IMG/VR virus record: IMGVR_UViG_3300029288_000084
Location: 64,001-128,000 of that record
DNA length: 64,000 nt
Direction: 5' to 3' (one strand)
From: a virus
Lineage: Duplodnaviria; Caudoviricetes
Below, piece after piece: positions 29,743 to 39,336 of this stretch (position 1 is its first letter; each line of letters begins with the position of its first letter). Below the pieces are notes generated by a model. It was not told the DNA's origin. It was given only the letters and a program-made list of their open reading frames with translations, and ran no database searches. The translations under genes were made by a program, and so were the position numbers.

Positions 29743-30007
29743 TCAACCTAACCCATTCTTCTTTATTTTTATCCCATTCTCCAACAAAACAACTACCATA
29801 TAATTTATATCCATCTTTAATTGCATCTAAAAATAGTTGCCAATCACTTTTCCTTTCTACATTATTTAAAGTAACGATGGGAGGAAATGGTTTTGGGTTA
29901 GGCAAGCTTTCTCGATATTTGATAAGTTCGCGAAGTGCATCATTAAAGTTTCCATTAAAATCATCTGGCAATAAAAAATACATCTGATCTAAACTTAAAA
30001 CTTTCAT
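29705..30007 (-). CDS. hypothetical protein
   Basis: AGGAGG SD. Confidence 0.6.
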   Translation of the reverse strand: MKVLSLDQMYFLLPDDFNGNFNDALRELIKYRESLPNPKPFPPIVTLNNVERKSDWQLFLDAIKDGYKLYGSCFVGEWDKNKEEWVRLNDKINNKANDPQ

Positions 30008-30023
30008 ACAAACCTCCTTTGAT

Positions 30024-30539
30024 TTACATACTTCCTGAAACGCCTTTTTGTACTACCATTTCAAAACTATATATATCGATTGAATCAACTTGATAAACAA
30101 AAGTGACATTCTTAATTTTGTTTTGTAAAATATCCTTAACATAGTAAAAATCAAAATTTTCAATTTTATGACTTTGATTATATGGTTGATGTGTTTCTAA
30201 GCAATGTTTTCTATATTTTTGTTCAATAGGACAATATAAAATTAAACGACCATCTAATTTCAATACACGTAACCATTCTCTCAAAACCTTTTCTGTGTCT
30301 ACAAAATCTTCAAGCAAATGACTTGAAAAAACATAGTCCAAACTATTATCTTTGAACCAGTATAAGTTACTTGCATCACCCATTAAATTTTGAGGATGTT
30401 TACCAACATGTGTGTAAGGTTCAGTTAGATCAACGGTTATAGCAGTTGGAATAATTGGATCTCCACCATAACCTAAATCTAAACCATTACCAATACACCA
30501 GCAAGCCAAACGCTTTCTACATTTTTCTGTTTCGCTCAT
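30024..30539 (-). CDS. class I SAM methyltransferase
   Basis: GLDLGYG, DYVFSSHLLED, EWLRVLK.DG.L. Confidence 0.88.
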   Translation of the reverse strand: MSETEKCRKRLACWCIGNGLDLGYGGDPIIPTAITVDLTEPYTHVGKHPQNLMGDASNLYWFKDNSLDYVFSSHLLEDFVDTEKVLREWLRVLKLDGRLILYCPIEQKYRKHCLETHQPYNQSHKIENFDFYYVKDILQNKIKNVTFVYQVDSIDIYSFEMVVQKGVSGSM

Positions 30540-30798
30540 TTGTTTCCCTCTTTAGTGGTTCAATTTCCCAACTATACGAACAGCATTTACAATTACAGTG
30601 AATAGTATCTTTTTTATAAATTGCATAGTCATTGAAAAAAACAACAAACTCATTTGATCTATTTATTACACCATTCAGACTTTTAATACGAGCTATTTCT
30701 TTTTCTGGATTTGGATGTTTCGAATAAAATTGATAATAAACATCTTTTGACCCACACATAGGGCATGGTGTTTTGCAAGGAAGAATTTTTTTGCCCAT
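30517..30798 (-). CDS. small zinc-ribbon protein
   Basis: CPMCGS ... CKCCSY. Confidence 0.55.
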   Translation of the reverse strand: MGKKILPCKTPCPMCGSKDVYYQFYSKHPNPEKEIARIKSLNGVINRSNEFVVFFNDYAIYKKDTIHCNCKCCSYSWEIEPLKRETNERNRKM

Positions 30799-30929
30799 GT
30801 TAAAACCACGGTTTTAATGCCCAAATAATAGCCATAGCAACACATTTTACTGCTATTAGCAACATAAGTGCAAGTATAATTATTGTGATTATAGCAACAA
30901 CAATTTCCTTCATTGTTTCTTTCATTTTA

Positions 30930-31619
30930 TTACTCCCTTTCTAAAATCCAACAAGACCTAGGGCCAGCTTCACAGAATTTGTCTTTATATATTGTTGCCT
31001 TTACTTTTAGTTTGCAGATTTTAAATAATTGTTCAATACTTTCATGAGTCATCCAAAAAGAGTATTCATTGTTTTTAGCACCGCCTGGATCTGACATTCC
31101 ACTTTCAGGATAAAATGTGCCATTAAATGTGGTGTTGAATTCTTCCATTATACCATTAATTTGAGTTTTTGGGTTTGCAGTATGAGTTTCTAGAACTAGA
31201 TATTCTGAAAAATGTTTTGTTAAATCCATTAAATGTTTCATAGGATTATGAACATGATAAAATACGCCTGAGTGAAAAATAATATCCCATTCTTTATCTT
31301 GTGGCAAATTTTCAATATCACCAAGTATAAAATTTATTCTATTCATATTACAACCAAGAGAAAAACATCTAGCAAAACCCATGGCGAGATTTGATGCTCT
31401 ACAATCAATAGAATCTATATTATCTGCATTCATATATGCTAAAGAAACTGTGATATGCCCATCTAAAGTTCCAACATCTAAAACAGATTTGTTGTAAAAA
31501 GAAATAATCTTAGATGCTTCTTCAACACGACAATCCAAATCAGTAATTCGTAAAGGAATGCGCCAATCAAAACGTTGCTCTAATTCAACTATTTGTTCTT
31601 CGGTTAAAATGAATTTCAT
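30930..31619 (-). CDS. class I SAM methyltransferase
   Basis: VLDVGTLDG, WDIIFHSGVFYH..NP, LVLET. Confidence 0.85.
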   Translation of the reverse strand: MKFILTEEQIVELEQRFDWRIPLRITDLDCRVEEASKIISFYNKSVLDVGTLDGHITVSLAYMNADNIDSIDCRASNLAMGFARCFSLGCNMNRINFILGDIENLPQDKEWDIIFHSGVFYHVHNPMKHLMDLTKHFSEYLVLETHTANPKTQINGIMEEFNTTFNGTFYPESGMSDPGGAKNNEYSFWMTHESIEQLFKICKLKVKATIYKDKFCEAGPRSCWILERE

Positions 31620-34072
31620 TTCATCTCCTGTATTGCTCTATCTACCGCACTTTGTAACATTTGATGTGTTATCATTTCCATACACATATATTTTTTATCA
31701 CGTACACAATCAGCTGGGAAAATTCTAGGTGCTTTTTGCCAATGTTGACAACCTAAACACTTCAACCATTCAACAACTACGGGGAATGTTTTACTACTGA
31801 CGACTCTGTATTTTGGGTCTATCATTCCAAAAGGTACAACAGATGGAATATCAAATGCTTGTGCAATGTGCCAAGGCCCACTATCTAAACCTACAAATAT
31901 TTTTGCATTCTTCATAATAGAAACAAGATCACTGTAAGATGTGTTTTTTACATTGATATCTGAATTTAGCAAATATTTGCTGCCCACTTCTAAGATACTG
32001 AACCCTTTATTTCTTAAGTAATTTGTAATAAATCGAAATTTGTCTAGCGGTAATGCCCTACTATCCCAACCTCTTGTTGGTTCACAATGAACAACAGCTA
32101 CTCTTTTATCACCAAATAAATTCTTTATTTTGGTTTCACTACTTGCATTGGGATATAAATACAATCTTTTTTCATTGCTAACACCACATACTTTCGAATA
32201 AATATCTATAACGTGATTTTGTGGTTCCTTTTCATATGCCATATCCAAATCGAAAAATTTATCAAACAAACGATCATCTACTTCATCAGCAGTATTTGTG
32301 TACTTAACATCTGGATTCCCAACATAGATTTCAGGGTTCTTTGTTTGAACAGTAATTTCAGATAAGGGGTATTTTTGTTTCAAGCGATGAAGAACCCCAG
32401 TTGATAAAATTTCATCACCTAAAGCTCCACGTCTTTTGAATAATATTTTATAGTTGAAATTTCTGTTTTTGAAATAATAATCCCATCTCTGTTTAACAAA
32501 ATATTTGTTTTTAGCTTCATAACCGCGAACATCAATATCCAATTTACCCATCGTTGAAGAACGATGGTGCTTAATCGGTAAAGCCACAACTGCTATTTCA
32601 TATCCTCTTTCTCTCATTCTAAGAGAAAAATCTGTATCTTCGCAATAACCAAAAGATAGAACTTTATCATCAAACAATCCGTATCTTTTGACTAGTTGAT
32701 TTTTAATCATAGCACAAGACATTTCAATATATTCAACTTGACCATTAAAGAATCCTGTGCCATTGTTGTCTAAAGCAGCAGGATTTTGTTTCAAACCTAC
32801 AATTGCCATTTTTGGATTTGATAGAAATGGTCTTTCCATTTCATGCAGCCAATGTGGACAAACTTCTAAATCGTTATTTAAAATAACTAAATATTCACCA
32901 GAAGCAATTGAAGCATTGTAATTTTGAGGAGTCATAAACCCTTGATTTTCTTTTGAATAAAGAATTTGCACATTTGTATTATTTTGTAATTTTATTTTGA
33001 GTTCTTCCAAATAATTTTTTGTTCCATCTGTACTGTTATTATCAACGATGAGAAGTTCGAAATTTTTATCCATACCAAATTGAGTAATTACAGATTCGAG
33101 GCATTTTTTTGTCAATTCAACATGATTATGACAAACCATACTAATACTGTATTTTATCTTATTTGAAGAGGCAGTTGGAACAATTACAGAATGGTTTCTA
33201 TACTCGATAGTTTCATGTGAATGAATAATCTTGTATTTTTTGGATTGTATATTTTTTTCATGATTTACTTTGGTAAGCCCTTTCATTCTTGACATCATAC
33301 AATCAATTTCTTTAAACTTGTAACCAGCGTCTAGAATTCTTCTACACAAATCAACATCCATGAATACCATTGGGTATTTTTTTGCATCATATCGAATTTT
33401 CTTTATTACTTCTGTGTATGCTATAAAGATGCCGCCTTGGATATGTGGGCCAGTTTCTTTTGAAATTGTACCACCAATTGCATATTTGTTTTTTAAACCA
33501 GGTTCCTTCATTTCTTTTATCAAACAATTCAACCAGTTTTCATCGTATATGTAAGTGTGTTTTGTACACAGATAAACAAATAATTCAGTATTGCAAGCAT
33601 CTAAAGCTTTATTCATAGCCCCAGACAGAAGTTGCTTGTTACAATTTTGCAATAATGTAACATTCGGAAATCTAGATTTCAGTTTTACAACTACTTTTTT
33701 AACATAATCTATTTCTTTATTGTCGGTATTATTATCAACAATTATAAATTTTAGTTTTTCAAAATTATAATCCGTTTTTACAACTTGATTAATTATTTCA
33801 GAAAAACAAGATTTACTTTCCTGATTGGTAACCATAATAGTTGTAATACAATCACTACTCACAAGACTCACGGGATCGGTTTTTGTATGACACGGTGCTG
33901 CTACTGGAATATCCACAGTAATAGTTTTCTTTCCATATTGTTTTAACATTTTTTTGAATTTATCTTCTAGATCTTCTGGTAGATTTTTATTTAACCCTAC
34001 AGCAATTCTGTATGTACCACTTGTGTGATTCAAAGTCCATTCATGTCCAAGTAAATTGTAATAATCAGCCAT
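31616..34072 (-). CDS. multidomain glycosyltransferase (GT2-like + GT2 + GT9) with extra N-terminal domain
   Basis: IIVDNN; LIVDNNSTDGT, LNND, YCEDTD; RGALGD, GLDSGPWHIA.A..IP.V..FG. Confidence 0.9.
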   Translation of the reverse strand: MADYYNLLGHEWTLNHTSGTYRIAVGLNKNLPEDLEDKFKKMLKQYGKKTITVDIPVAAPCHTKTDPVSLVSSDCITTIMVTNQESKSCFSEIINQVVKTDYNFEKLKFIIVDNNTDNKEIDYVKKVVVKLKSRFPNVTLLQNCNKQLLSGAMNKALDACNTELFVYLCTKHTYIYDENWLNCLIKEMKEPGLKNKYAIGGTISKETGPHIQGGIFIAYTEVIKKIRYDAKKYPMVFMDVDLCRRILDAGYKFKEIDCMMSRMKGLTKVNHEKNIQSKKYKIIHSHETIEYRNHSVIVPTASSNKIKYSISMVCHNHVELTKKCLESVITQFGMDKNFELLIVDNNSTDGTKNYLEELKIKLQNNTNVQILYSKENQGFMTPQNYNASIASGEYLVILNNDLEVCPHWLHEMERPFLSNPKMAIVGLKQNPAALDNNGTGFFNGQVEYIEMSCAMIKNQLVKRYGLFDDKVLSFGYCEDTDFSLRMRERGYEIAVVALPIKHHRSSTMGKLDIDVRGYEAKNKYFVKQRWDYYFKNRNFNYKILFKRRGALGDEILSTGVLHRLKQKYPLSEITVQTKNPEIYVGNPDVKYTNTADEVDDRLFDKFFDLDMAYEKEPQNHVIDIYSKVCGVSNEKRLYLYPNASSETKIKNLFGDKRVAVVHCEPTRGWDSRALPLDKFRFITNYLRNKGFSILEVGSKYLLNSDINVKNTSYSDLVSIMKNAKIFVGLDSGPWHIAQAFDIPSVVPFGMIDPKYRVVSSKTFPVVVEWLKCLGCQHWQKAPRIFPADCVRDKKYMCMEMITHQMLQSAVDRAIQEMK

Positions 34073-34625
34073 GATCTAAATCCTCTTCGTTTGGGATTCC
34101 CTTTTTGATAAAAGGTAATCTAGAATTTTCATCTATTAGTATAAGATTAATACCCTTTTTTGTTGCTAATTGTTGACATTTACTGAATGCTTCTACTTGT
34201 CTATTCCAATTGTAATTTCTGCATCTTGGTTGAGGTGAAGGATATTTTTTATTAAAATCTTCATCCATTGAAAATCCTTGTAAATAAATTGTACTACCAG
34301 CTTTCATTTTGTACAGTAAGAATGAAATGAAAATAGAAGGTGTGCAACCAGGAATTAAATGATTTTCTTGTTGATATTGTCTAGATATACGTAAAATAGT
34401 AGCATCAGCAAATAAAGGCAAATCTTTAAGTTCATTGTAATGTGCAGATATTATTACTGTTGCATGTGCATCTGGATAAAATTCTAAAGCACTGTTGATT
34501 GTAAAAACAAGAATTCCAGATTTGTATTTGTACTTAGAGGCACATTTGCCTCTACCTACAACTACTATTTTATCTGTTTTAAGCGAATCCCATCCTTCTG
34601 TAAATTTTTCAATCTCTAGTGTCAT
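34065..34625 (-). CDS. putative Maf/DUF115-like or sialyltransferase-like glycosylation protein
   Basis: VVVGRG, FTINSA, IYLQGFSM pattern; coupled to GT gene. Confidence 0.5.
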   Translation of the reverse strand: MTLEIEKFTEGWDSLKTDKIVVVGRGKCASKYKYKSGILVFTINSALEFYPDAHATVIISAHYNELKDLPLFADATILRISRQYQQENHLIPGCTPSIFISFLLYKMKAGSTIYLQGFSMDEDFNKKYPSPQPRCRNYNWNRQVEAFSKCQQLATKKGINLILIDENSRLPFIKKGIPNEEDLDHG

Positions 34626-34628
34626 TTT

Positions 34629-35117
34629 TCAACATTGTGGAGCAACTTCTAGTTCTTCAACTATTTCTTCTTCTTCTTCTTTTTCTTCTCTTTCTTGAAG
34701 ATCATTCACAATCCAAGGAAGTAAATCTGATATTTCATCAATAGAAAATTTTTCATTTTCATTTTTACTTTTTGTTAGATCTGAAAGATAGAGTTTGAAA
34801 TTGTAGAGATCAATTTCATCATCTTCAAATGCTTCATTTAGTTTACGAAATTGTTCTTCATTTTCTTTTTTGATTTTTCTATCACCGCGAGGATTATCGA
34901 TCATTTGATCAGGATTTTTTGGATCTTTAATTTGAGCTACTTCACCTAGTTTAAAAAACCATTCTTTACGCAAATCCTTATAATCCTCAATCTTTCGTTT
35001 TATTTGTCTTATTGCATTAGCTGCACCATATATTGATTTCGGATTCAAGGTTGTTGAGCTAGCAATTTTTTGAAATGCCTTTTGTAAGGCAATTAATTCC
35101 TTTATCTTTACTTTCAT
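34629..35117 (-). CDS. DUF1617-like protein, paralog of 36354..36965
   Basis: Shared pattern (EL..L...., Y.A..A..QI, LG, DP..P, G...I..EN, Y.FK..LSDL). Confidence 0.55.
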   Translation of the reverse strand: MKVKIKELIALQKAFQKIASSTTLNPKSIYGAANAIRQIKRKIEDYKDLRKEWFFKLGEVAQIKDPKNPDQMIDNPRGDRKIKKENEEQFRKLNEAFEDDEIDLYNFKLYLSDLTKSKNENEKFSIDEISDLLPWIVNDLQEREEKEEEEEIVEELEVAPQC

Positions 35118-35118
35118 C

Positions 35119-35382
35119 TTAATCCTCCAATTTTTTTAAACATTGTACAGGAAAATACATTTCTTGTAATTCATTTTCAACGTACCATTGACAACAAGCT
35201 TTTAAACATTTCAATCTGACATTATTTCCATCTAGTTCTAAACAGAATTTTGAAATTACCATTTTAGGTCCACCAGAATTCAATATAACAGAATCTCCAA
35301 CATTAAATTTTGCAAAATCAAATATTTCTGCAAATGGTATTTGACAATATTCTTCTTCGGGTAATGTTTTCATGTAATTCAT
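35119..35382 (-). CDS. DUF2158 / YodC-like protein
   Basis: FNVGD.V.L.SGGPKM.I, C.W, F...CL. Confidence 0.8.
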   Translation of the reverse strand: MNYMKTLPEEEYCQIPFAEIFDFAKFNVGDSVILNSGGPKMVISKFCLELDGNNVRLKCLKACCQWYVENELQEMYFPVQCLKKLED

Positions 35383-35565
35383 TTTTTATCCTCCTGTAGT
35401 AACTGGCCCTCTTGCTTAGTAGATGTATCGTTTTTTAATTTCTCACCAATTTTTTTTAACTCTTCTACTTTTTGTTGAAGCGCTTTGATTTCTTTGATAT
35501 TCCTATCAATCTTTCTCTCATTCCACTCAATTTCTTTTTCAATAAATTCTTGCATTTTACCCCCT

Positions 35566-35832
35566 TTATGAAATTTTTCCAAGAGTTTTTAAAATTCTAT
35601 TGCGCAAGTATTCCGCATCATTCATTGATTGTTTTAATTGTTCAAATACTTTTTCACAATCCTTTATTTCATTTCGAATTCTGTTAATGTTTAAAATCTT
35701 TTCTGAATCTAGCGGATGATAATTGAAATAACCAAAACGTTTAGCTTTACATAATTCCTTTATCAATTCAGAACATTCTTCTATAACACGATCATTCAAA
35801 TTTCCTGTAGTTTCATATTTTGGATCGCTCAT
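35566..35832 (-). CDS. MazG-like helical protein
   Basis: EECSELIKELCK..RFG ... EI.D. Confidence 0.6.
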   Translation of the reverse strand: MSDPKYETTGNLNDRVIEECSELIKELCKAKRFGYFNYHPLDSEKILNINRIRNEIKDCEKVFEQLKQSMNDAEYLRNRILKTLGKIS

Positions 35833-36203
35833 TTGTATTGACCTTCGTTAAATTTTTCTAGTATATATTCTCGTGAATAGCCTAATTTGTAACCTAAATA
35901 AATTCTAGTTACAAATAAATTTTTTGTATATTCTTCTTTGCTTCCCATTTGCCATTGCTTTATGTATGCGCGCAATTCACATTTGAATCTATAATATTTC
36001 CAAAATTTATACAAATACTTATGGATTAAAAATCCTCTCCACCAAAATTGTTTTACATGTTCATATTCATGAGCAAGTAAACCAATATCATTTTTATAAT
36101 CTTTTCTGATTTTTATAAAGAAACCATAAGATGCACCATGAGTAGAATAATATTTTCCAATCTTATTGACATAAAATACCGGAATGATTCCAATCCATTT
36201 CAT
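35829..36203 (-). CDS. HExxH zinc metallopeptidase-like protein (start MKWIG)
   Basis: LLAHEYEHVKQ ... ELRAY; GAGG SD. Confidence 0.6.
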   Translation of the reverse strand: MKWIGIIPVFYVNKIGKYYSTHGASYGFFIKIRKDYKNDIGLLAHEYEHVKQFWWRGFLIHKYLYKFWKYYRFKCELRAYIKQWQMGSKEEYTKNLFVTRIYLGYKLGYSREYILEKFNEGQYK

Positions 36204-36353
36204 GGTTTCCTCGCTAGATGGATAATTGTACAAACAAAAATACATATAAACATCAAGATAGGAGCAAAAACTACTTCCCATGACATTGTAGGAATATAGT
36301 AAAATTTAATAGCAGCTAAAATTATTGTAAATATAGTAAGAATTGATAAAATA

Positions 36354-36965
36354 CTAACTAGCTTTTGATTCATTGGAATCATCAACAATCCAATGTTGTA
36401 AATTGCCAAAATCTAGAACGGCAAATTGAGAATTATTTTTCAAAGATTCTACTTTTTCATTCATGCTAGAAGTAATTTTCATAATTTCTTTGCATAGAAG
36501 TTCTAACTTAGCCCTTATAAAATCATCCTTTGGAGTTTTTTCAAACTCTTTCATTGCTGCAATTAGACCGTCAACTTTTTCATCGAATGTTTTTGCAAAT
36601 TCTTTCAAATAAACAAAATCAGATTTCAGATCAGAAAGATTGATTTTGAAATCATAAATATCTCCAACATCTTCATCTAACAATGCATTGTATTTTTCAT
36701 TGTATTTGTCCATGTTTTCAGGAATGATTTCTTTTCTTCCTTCACGATCTTGGATCTTTTTTGTTGGATCTGCAGGATCAGGAACCATAACAAATTGACC
36801 CAATTCATTATACAATGCAGTGTTTTTCTTATTATGAGCATCCATGAAATCTTGAATTTGCTTCAAAGCTTTTCCGGCTGCATACATTACCTTAATAGGT
36901 AAATTGTGTGAATTTGCTAACTTGTTGATACTGTCTCGAATCGATAAAATCTCTCGTAATGTCAT
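36354..36965 (-). CDS. DUF1617-like protein, paralog of 34629..35117
   Basis: GGAGG SD; alignment by eye. Confidence 0.55.
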   Translation of the reverse strand: MTLREILSIRDSINKLANSHNLPIKVMYAAGKALKQIQDFMDAHNKKNTALYNELGQFVMVPDPADPTKKIQDREGRKEIIPENMDKYNEKYNALLDEDVGDIYDFKINLSDLKSDFVYLKEFAKTFDEKVDGLIAAMKEFEKTPKDDFIRAKLELLCKEIMKITSSMNEKVESLKNNSQFAVLDFGNLQHWIVDDSNESKAS

Positions 36966-36989
36966 CTTAAACCTCCATTTAATTTTTAT

Positions 36990-37427
36990 TTAATTTATAT
37001 ATTTCCATTGTTTATTATTTTTAATAAAAGATATTAAAGATTGACTTACATTAAATTTAGAAGCAATTAATTGTTGAGTTAAAGAACTCTTTTTAATTTC
37101 TTTTATCTCATCTTTAGTTAATTTTCTTCCTTGTCTACTCTTTTTAACCATATCTTGCATATTATCTCGATGTGTTCCTAAAAATAAATGATTTGGATTA
37201 ACACAAAGTGGATTATCACATTTATGTAAAACACAGAGATCTGTTGGAATTTGCTCTATAAAAATTTCATATGAAACACGATGGGCTAATTTCATTTTAT
37301 AGTTTATGCCAAATGCTCCATAACCATTTTTTTTAAATTTAGCACCAGTCCATCCCCAACAATCATTTGAAGAAGTTTGTATAAATTTTTTTAAAAAATT
37401 ACTTTTTTGTTTGTCTGTTAATATCAT
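36990..37427 (-). CDS. HNH homing endonuclease
   Basis: CWGWTG, GYG, AHRVSY, VLHKCDNPLCVNPNHL, C-terminal HTH. Confidence 0.92.
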   Translation of the reverse strand: MILTDKQKSNFLKKFIQTSSNDCWGWTGAKFKKNGYGAFGINYKMKLAHRVSYEIFIEQIPTDLCVLHKCDNPLCVNPNHLFLGTHRDNMQDMVKKSRQGRKLTKDEIKEIKKSSLTQQLIASKFNVSQSLISFIKNNKQWKYIN

Positions 37428-37433
37428 ATTTTT

Positions 37434-37464
37434 ATTATATATTATTTTAAATTCTTATTTAGTA
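37434..37464 (-). promoter_or_regulatory. TACTAAA-N18-TATAAT promoter motif (copy 3)
   Basis: Only 6 nt between the -10 and the HNH ATG (leaderless). Confidence 0.75.
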
Positions 37465-37550
37465 AATTAATCACTATATTTCATAAAATCCTAATTTTAT
37501 TGTTTTATTTAATTTCTTCATATAATATATTTATAAAAGAAGGGTTAAAT

Positions 37551-37940
37551 TTACAATATTACTTTAGAAAAAATATTTTCATACGATTGAGAAAACCATA
37601 TTGTTCTACAACCTAAATTTCGTAAAAATACCGTACAACAATGACAAGGTTTAGAAATTTTCAATTCACCTTTTGAATTTAAACGAATATTGATCACTTC
37701 AAAACTTTCTTTATGTAATAATCCCTTTGCCTTTTTATATGCTTGAGTTTCAGAGTGAATCATTTGGTGATTCTTGTAGCCAAGGTACATTATCGGGGGT
37801 CCAGAACGATTTGTTGCCCATTCAATTAATTGATTTTTTTGAATTATGAAGGAATAGTGTTTATAACCATCAGCTCGTGAATGTTTTGGCAAATAATGTC
37901 GAGCTATTGTTAAACAAGTTTCAAGCAGTTTATTAGTCAC
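37551..37940 (-). CDS. cytidine/dCMP deaminase-like protein
   Basis: HSE ... SKPCHCC Zn motif. Confidence 0.75.
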   Translation of the reverse strand: MTNKLLETCLTIARHYLPKHSRADGYKHYSFIIQKNQLIEWATNRSGPPIMYLGYKNHQMIHSETQAYKKAKGLLHKESFEVINIRLNSKGELKISKPCHCCTVFLRNLGCRTIWFSQSYENIFSKVIL

Positions 37941-39140
37941 TAGATTTTCTTCCAGTTATAAGTTCTCTATTTAGATCTGCTGTTATATTATCAATTAACC
38001 TTTCTGTAATTTCTTTTAATTGTTCTTCGCTAATACCCATTTTTTCAAAATCCCAAGGTTTTAATTTTATTTCTATTTTATTATTAGTAAGAATTTTTAC
38101 TGTTTTACCTATTTTTGATTGTTTAAAAGGGACAAAAAGTTTTGTATCATATTTTCTAAGATTTTTATTTGTTAATGATTCATCGATATAAGTGGTAAAA
38201 TAGGGGTTGATATACAGAGACTCTTTTTCTTTTTTATGAAATAGCCCACGAAAGAATTTTTTAAACATTATACTATTTTTGAAATTGATTCTAGAGATTC
38301 AAAAACATCTTTTCCACAATTCGCACCAATTTTTTGAATGTCTAGTTTTTCCTCTTGTTCTTTTGTTAATTCAATTTCAACGGCTCTTCTTGTTATTCCA
38401 GAAGTTGTATTTAGAAATATCATTTGTGCATCGCGATTACTAAAAATAAAAAGTAATTTCATTTCTTTTTATAATCGCGAATGATGCGCCATTTTCTAAA
38501 TAGATGAGTTTTTTTAACTATTTCCATATCGATTTTTGCATCTTTCTTTTTTTTGTGCTTTTGTGAAATAGTAGTCCAAACAACCTGTCTTCCAGCTAAA
38601 ACATAACAATCATACATTTCATGCTCTGGTAGATACATGAATTGAATAATGTACATGTAGTGGAAAAGATAATTGTAAACATTACAAAAAAAGTTGATAA
38701 TTTTTTTGATCATTTTATACTCCTTTTCATTTTTTTATCCATATAGTAACTACAAAGTGCAAATATCAAACCACAGATATCAAGTGCCAATACAACAGTC
38801 CAAAAACCCATTTCTAATGCCCATGTGTTCATCTTTTCTCCTTTTCAATTATTCTATATTCATATATTCTTTTTAATGCTAACCACTCTCTTTTATGTTT
38901 TTCTAATACAACTTGCGCATCTGCTGCTGTTTTGTATTTTTTTATTGTTTTCCAATTGTTTTTGTCTTTTGGAAATAGTTGATGCATAAAACTTTTTTCC
39001 CAATGTTCATCAGCATAGCGATATTGTAAAATAAAATTTTTATCTACTTTCCTTTTACTACTAACAGGACAAATTTCTGATTTAGGTTCAATTCTTTTTT
39101 GTAAAGCATGTTTTGCAGCTATTTTAGCTCTTTCTGTCAT
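37933..39140 (-). other. run of small hypothetical ORFs (37933-38268, 38268-38462, 38459-38713, 38829-39140)
   Basis: Tightly packed or overlapping co-oriented ORFs. Confidence 0.55.
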
Positions 39141-39336
39141 CTTTAATCCTCACCATATTGTTTTTTATTGGAAAACGTACAACTCCATTTTTCAATTTGA
39201 CATGATCTAATGGACAATCTTTATTTTCAACTGCTATTCCAACACCTTCAACATATTCCAAGTTTTTGTGAGTTATATTACAAGTATTTTCAACTTCTCC
39301 TTCGTTTTTACAATAACAAAAATCACAAATTATCAT
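39124..39336 (-). CDS. small Cys-rich protein, paralog of 2156..2359
   Basis: MIICDFCYC...CN...CPLDHVKLKNG. Confidence 0.65.
   Translation of the reverse strand: MIICDFCYCKNEGEVENTCNITHKNLEYVEGVGIAVENKDCPLDHVKLKNGVVRFPIKNNMVRIKDDRKS

Noticed and set aside
34629-35117. MKVKIKEL start as a member of the leader family
   Set aside because: Lacks LFE and aligns from residue 1 with its DUF1617-like paralog
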